Assembly (NCBI GenBank): GCA_964016885.1
Contig: OZ024742.1
Location: 230,392,001-230,456,000 of the forward strand
DNA from: Eledone cirrhosa
Taxonomy: Eukaryota
Reading direction: 5' to 3'
DNA: 64,000 nucleotides
The position numbers and the translations under genes are program-made. The notes below the pieces were generated by a model that was given only the letters and a program-made list of their open reading frames with translations, did not search any database and had not been told where the DNA came from. The first letter of the stretch is position 1, and every line of letters starts with the position of its first letter. Of the stretch, positions 57,168-64,000 are shown piece by piece.

Positions 57168-59074
57168 GGGGCAGTATTGACGTTACAAGGGTTTAAGTGT
57201 TTCTATATACTGCCCTATAGTTATAGATACAATATATATATAATATTCTAAGAAGTACATTGGTATATGTTTTACATGTTGCAAACATTATCTGATGGCA
57301 GGCGTCTGTATTTACTGCGGGGTAATTTATGTTTTACAAGAAGTTTTCTTCCATTATTTCCTTGTGTCTGGATATCTTGGTTATGCTGATGCATCAGACG
57401 TTCTCTGTCTGGGTTTAGTACAAATTGTTTCTGTCATTGTCTATTTTCATTGTGGTAATGGACATGAAAGTGCTTCCTCCTGCAGACACTTCTCTTGAAG
57501 TGTTGTTGTTGAGTTTAAGTTAATGCAAGTATGGACACCGTATATGTCGGCTGATTCGTAGGAATCAATCTACGTGTCCTACAACGTTTAAATCTGATCC
57601 GAACACAGACAGAATATTTCTAGAGCAGGAGACAGCTAGAAAGAGAGGGAGAGTGAGAGAGAGAATGAAGTGAAGAATTATGAAGGAAGTATCGATCCTA
57701 TACTAGGCAGGTTCTATTTTAGTTCTACCTTACAAGAGTGGGAGGCAAAGTTGACCTCGGCGAAATTTGAAAACACAGAGTGTAGAAACCAGTAATATAT
57801 ACCACAAAACATACTATCGGACGTTGTAACCACTCTGCTAATTCGCCTGCAATGTTATTTATATATATATATATTTTTGATTCCTTCAATATCGCTGCAG
57901 TAAGGATTTCGCTTCACAATCATGAGGTCCTAAGTTTAACTCCACCGCGTAGCTTCATGGTCAACTGACATTTAACATAGTTTCGAGTATGTATTTAAAA
58001 TGGAAAACCAGTTAAGAAATCCATGCCCATACGAATGAAATTGGGTAGTCAGAAACTGTTTCGAAGTCCGTCAGATGGATTTAGCTAGTAATTTAACAGT
58101 CCACTCTTGTAAAAAAAAGAGTGTCACGCTGAAATCTCCCGAAAATTACGGTAATGTTACACTATCCCTGAAATGTTCAGCAGCTTACTTGTTAATTTCA
58201 AGAGAAGCCTGTTCCAAGTACGCAGTATTTGTAAGTCTATGGCTAACTGATATGATTATCTCATCACTATATCTCTGTTATTTATGTCCTGATATTTCTT
58301 ACTTTTTCTAAACAGTATATCCTCCCTATCTATATATTGCATCATATGTATATGATTCTCCAGTTGTTTGTTTGTCTTCAGCTTATCAATTGAGCTCATC
58401 CATACACAAGACGTAACATATCGTGTTGTCAACACATAGCAACCACATTACTATCCAACCTGGATCAACATGTTTATTTGGGGTATAAATGTCGAACAGA
58501 AAAGAAAAACGTGAAAGGATAGTGGGTAAAAGCCTTGGAAGGTTATTGGTTTCATTTGTTTCAATTCCCTTATTTCTCTGTATCTATAGAATTTCATTCC
58601 TTAAATGAATGACAAGTTTGATGTATCTTATTGACTCAGCCTTACTCCTAGAAAATCATGTTAGAACCCATGAGAGATGAACACTGCCAAATATCTTTTC
58701 TTACGTAGTCATGTCATTCACACGCTGTTCTTCTTTATTCTAGTTTCGTATTTATGGATTTGAGTATAGGCCAGTTGTTTTCTTACAAGTGTATGGCAGC
58801 TGTGTCCCGAGAGCTGTTAGTCGTGTAAATGTTAGTGTATATTTTACATCATATATCAAGGATACTTCTAAACCAACAGCAATGTAAATGTCAACTCTAA
58901 AAATGTCTTTACAAAGTTTCCATATTAAATACACATTTTGGAAAACGAATATATTTTCAGATAGTTAAATTCATTTCAATTTTGATTATTTTATCATCAA
59001 TTACATTTTACTGGCAGAAAGTCATTAATATGAAACTATGAAGCATGGTTTCCATTGCTTCTATATCACATTTA

Positions 59075-59266
59075 AATAATTGTCTCTACTTTATGCACAA
59101 GGCCAGCAAATTAACCAGTGCATTACTGGTACTTTATTTTATCGACCCCGTAAGGATGAAAGGCAAAGTCAACCTCGGCGGGATTTGAACTCAGATCGTA
59201 AAGGGACGTAACTATGCTGGAAAGCATGGCGTCCGACCCTCTACTGATACTGCCAATCCACCGCCC
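59075..59266 (-). mobile_element. tRNA-derived SINE with 13-bp TSD
   Basis: atatcacatttaa at 59063-59075 and 59267-59279. Confidence 0.92.
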
Positions 59267-59925
59267 ATATCACATTTAATAATGCCTTAAATTCTACGTA
59301 GGTTTAGTAAGTGCTTCTTCTTATTAGGTGCAGCAAACATTTCTATGCAGCACCGATTAGCGGCCAGCCTATCGGTCGCTCTATTTGATTTGCAAAGCTG
59401 TCTAAACGTAACGTTATAACTCTGGGGTAACATTCTGCATTGAGTGCTTAGCTGACACCGAAACTGCATTCGTTAGCTTGGCTGCAACCTAAAGCTTCGT
59501 TGATGCTGTACTAAAATGTGTATTATTAATTCCTAGAATTAACTATTAATTGATTAATTTAATTAGACAATTGTATTGATTGATTAATTGTTTATGTTTG
59601 TTTGATAACTTCTAGTTGAGTGCTTAATTCGGTTTGTGTAAGGGAATTCTATGTTCCAAATTTCCAATTGACCTCCAAAACGGGGGTTACCTCCCTTCGG
59701 GAGAACCATGTGCCTCTGGACAGTTTACTGCTAGAACGCACATCCGTTGGGGAACAGAACGAAAAACTTGTTGACGATAAATATATATATATATATATAT
59801 TATGAAAATAATTCTTCGGCTCTGTTTAATTACATTGAGCTATACCTTTTACTGTCATTTCTATAATACGAAGAGGGTGTTTAACTCCAACACGCTCCGG
59901 TATTTTAATCCTTATATATATATAT

Positions 59926-60018
<93 letters not shown>

Positions 60019-60035
60019 TATATATAAATATATAA

Positions 60036-60083
<48 letters not shown>

Positions 60084-60103
60084 ATTTCTATGCACCAGCT
60101 ATT

Positions 60104-60176
<73 letters not shown>

Positions 60177-60333
60177 TTTCTAATTTATACTAGGTCAACT
60201 ATATGATGTGTAGGGCAAGTTGATTAAATCGATCCAGTATTTGAACTCGGAAGGATGACAGGCACAGATGACATCGAAGGAATGCCGTTAAGCATTTTTG
60301 CAATTTAAACACGCTGCCAATCCACCGACTATG

Positions 60334-60404
<71 letters not shown>

Positions 60405-61041
60405 GGTGTATATATTGTTCCCCACTGCCACACTCTCAGAAGCGTGAACCTAATAAACTCATATTTGTACTGCCTCTCTGTTGTTGTTCCTGTCTAAGAT
60501 TTAACTATATATATATATTCTTTATTATGTCTAAGTGTTATGTCTTGTTACACTGGACTCACCGATGCGTATAATAATATTTGATAACTATAAATATTAG
60601 GTTAATATATATATGATAAGAGATAGTTTGCTACCCCAATCGGACTTATATGCCACTTATGAACGCACCCTATTTCTGTGATCATTGGAGTTCCATACGG
60701 GGCATCTCCCTATACCTTAGTTGACTTAGTTCCATTCAAGTGTACGATTAGAGATATTACAGAAATTGTCCTCATTACTTGACTGACACTAACTTTTATT
60801 GGCCTGGGAAAATAGAAGACTAACTTGAAATAGGTGAGTTTGAACTTTAAACCTAAAGGAATACTATACATTTCATGTTGTGATATAACAGTGAGGACAT
60901 TTTAATTTAATGCAAGTACAATGAGACACTTCGAGAGATGATGACCAAGAATTAAGTCATTGGTAAATTGTAACTGGAGAAAATGCATTTTATTTCCCAT
61001 TACTCAGATCCATTTACCTTTGAATATGCTTAGAATACAAC

Positions 61042-61218
<177 letters not shown>

Positions 61219-62090
61219 CATATATACACACACATATATGAATATATATATACACACACAATCACAGGAAAGACATCTCCGTTAGAGAGACTTCACTGTT
61301 GATTACAGTTTCATTTTTCATTGTAGAACAACCTATGACTTTTATGATTACACCAGCACTCGGCCAATCTTACGTCAATCGTTGCTGTTGTCATCTCGGA
61401 AACTAATTAAATCTGCTTGCCTCTCATAAACCTCGTAATTATTGGCAGTATGCTTATAATCGGAAGACTGGAAATTTCAATTTTCTTGCCAACAGCGCTA
61501 ATGTTAATATACCACCTCTCTATATCTCTATATCACCCCCCCCCCTCTCTCTATCTCTCTCTCTTTACGCACACGAGGAGAGACAGGGAGGAGGCAGAGA
61601 GAGAAAGAAACGCGCAAAAACACACACACACATTATATATATACATAGATATACATACATTATATACATATATATATGTATATATACATAGATATACATA
61701 CATATATATACATATATATATATGTATATATACATAGATATACATACATATATATACATATATATATATATGTATATATACATAGATATACATACATTAT
61801 ATACATATATATATGTATATATATATATATATATATGTATATAATATATATATATATATATGTAATATGTATGTATATATATGTTATATGTATATATATA
61901 TGTACATATTTGTATATATATATAGTGTGTATATATTGTATATATATATATATATATAGTGTGTGCGTCTGTGTGTGTGCATATACACATAATTGCGTAT
62001 GAATATACCTGTATATATATACAATCCCTTTATAACCAACCCATTACATATTTACATGTAGATATGCATTTGTGAGCAGGATAAAATACA

Positions 62091-62194
62091 AATTTTGACA
62101 GAGCCAAGGAAACATACCTTATTAGTCGAATTTTCCTTGGATAGTCAAGGAAAATTCACCTGATAAGGTATGTATCCTTGGCTCTGTCAAAATT
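62091..62194. repeat. About 49-bp-arm hairpin directly upstream of a family A hammerhead
   Basis: 62091-62139 versus 62146-62194, loop gatagt. Confidence 0.85.
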
Positions 62195-62210
62195 TATAAA
62201 ACACACTTTG

Positions 62211-62272
62211 TATTTTATCTGATGAAAGCGTACCAACGTTTTTGGTACCCTTGAAATATATATAATAGAATA
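62211..62272 (+). ncRNA. Type I hammerhead ribozyme, family A, copy 4
   Basis: tattttat-CTGATGA-aagcgtaccaa cgttt ttggtaccctt-GAAA-tatat-ATA-atagaata. Helix I is 8 bp with one G-U pair. Confidence 0.78.
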
Positions 62273-62402
62273 AATATGGTTTTATAAATATAGTTTCCAT
62301 TTATTTAATAACATTGAATATTTACTCCAGAAATCTGTCGAGTGCTCTGAATCAGTTATACACATTTATATTTGCTGAATTTCCAACAAATTAAATATCC
62401 TT

Positions 62403-62474
<72 letters not shown>

Positions 62475-62526
62475 GTTAGACATGGCCTGGGCCAATACTG
62501 GCCGAAGCCTATCAAAATTATCAAAG

Positions 62527-62590
<64 letters not shown>

Positions 62591-62883
62591 GTACGAAATA
62601 CATACTAAATATACTGCTTACAATACATTCTCAGGTAAATCTCCACATACTGCACACCTATAAACATAAAAAGCGCAGTGACAGCTAGTCAAAAAGAAGA
62701 GGTCAAAATAATTGTCTGCCATCGGCTCGCAGGTTTAAATCAAACTTTTCCTTCTCCTAGAATGATATCCTACCATGTACTATGGGTTTGTCACTTCCGG
62801 TGGGCTAACCACGCGCTTGGCCATCCAACCGTACTACCATGCTACCGCGCATACATACATTGATACATACCTTCCATACAAAT

Positions 62884-62976
<93 letters not shown>

Positions 62977-62989
62977 CATGTACATATAT

Positions 62990-63022
<33 letters not shown>

Positions 63023-63500
63023 CACGCGCACACACATAGGGAGAGAGGTATATTGAAACTTCCATTATACTGGTTTTCCTAAAACAGTTCCAATTATATA
63101 TATAACATAAATTCGATGTTACATTGGTTTATTACCATTGTTGCAGCTTTTAATTTTTTAAATAAATGATTAATATTGTTAATCCTTTCTGCATGGTTGA
63201 TTTAATGTTAGACATTATACAGCTGTTTGCCCAACCAGACAAAACTGTACACGTTCATGATCAACGATATCTGTGTTGCTTTCTTCCCTTATTATTCTAG
63301 TGTACATACATTCAGTTCATACGTCACATTGATACGATTATTTCGATAGAACGCAAACGCTTATTATTAATGTGGTTTTGCATTCCTATATATTATATTT
63401 TACTTTCAGTTTTCATTATTCTGTAACATTCTTTGTGTTTGAGGATGCCGATACTTTACTATTTTTTATTTATTTATATAATATTACACACTGCGAACTT

Positions 63501-63543
<43 letters not shown>

Positions 63544-63566
63544 TCAATATATATGTCTGTGTTTTA

Positions 63567-63674
<108 letters not shown>

Positions 63675-64000
63675 GTATATATTTCGTTTCTGAATTTATT
63701 TAGCAAGATTCTTTCTCTGAAAACGTGTGTTGAAACCGATATTGTTATGCTATATATATAAATTTGGATAAATTGGGCTAAGAGCTAATATTAATATATT
63801 CCGCTTGTGTCCAAGCAAGTAAATTAAAAACAAACAAGCTACGTATGTAATGATATTTTTTCTCACAAATGAAAGAAAAACAAACATAGTTAATATTTAT
63901 TTATCACCGACGACAAAATAAGCGACATAATGTATTGCTACAATCACTCCACTCCAAAAATCATAAGCACGTATACTTTGGAAGAAACAGCACTTATGTA

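Noticed and set aside
62480-62528. ggcca-atac-tggcc-gaag island between TA tracts as a hammerhead fragment
   Set aside because: Only a 5-bp stem is present, and both core boxes are missing or altered.

Overview
Eukaryotic, AT-rich, microsatellite-saturated intergenic or intronic DNA. A coleoid cephalopod such as Octopus is my inference from recalled SINE/LINE families and repeat style. No intact host gene can be supported, and most listed ORFs are (TA)n/(CA)n/(GA)n artefacts. Recognisable contents: (1) a decayed Helitron whose Rep region is inverted relative to its helicase C-terminus and CTAG 3' end; (2) a near full-length R4/Dong-type RT-RLE retrotransposon ending in (TAA)n, plus a 5'-truncated sister copy; (3) RTE, CRE and Tx1/L1-like LINE fragments; (4) an internally deleted Chapaev3-type DNA transposon with TIRs and a TTA TSD; (5) about 12 copies of a ~190-bp tRNA-derived SINE; (6) a 48-bp x 9 minisatellite. 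The most notable signal is a recurrent class of short non-coding elements in or beside (TA)n tracts. They are often fold-back (inverted-repeat) structures, and many carry type I hammerhead ribozyme cores (CUGANGA...GAAA...NUH) in at least six unrelated sequence families. This fits Penelope-like pLTR remnants or non-autonomous retrozymes. All folds were done by eye and coordinates may be off by a few bases.
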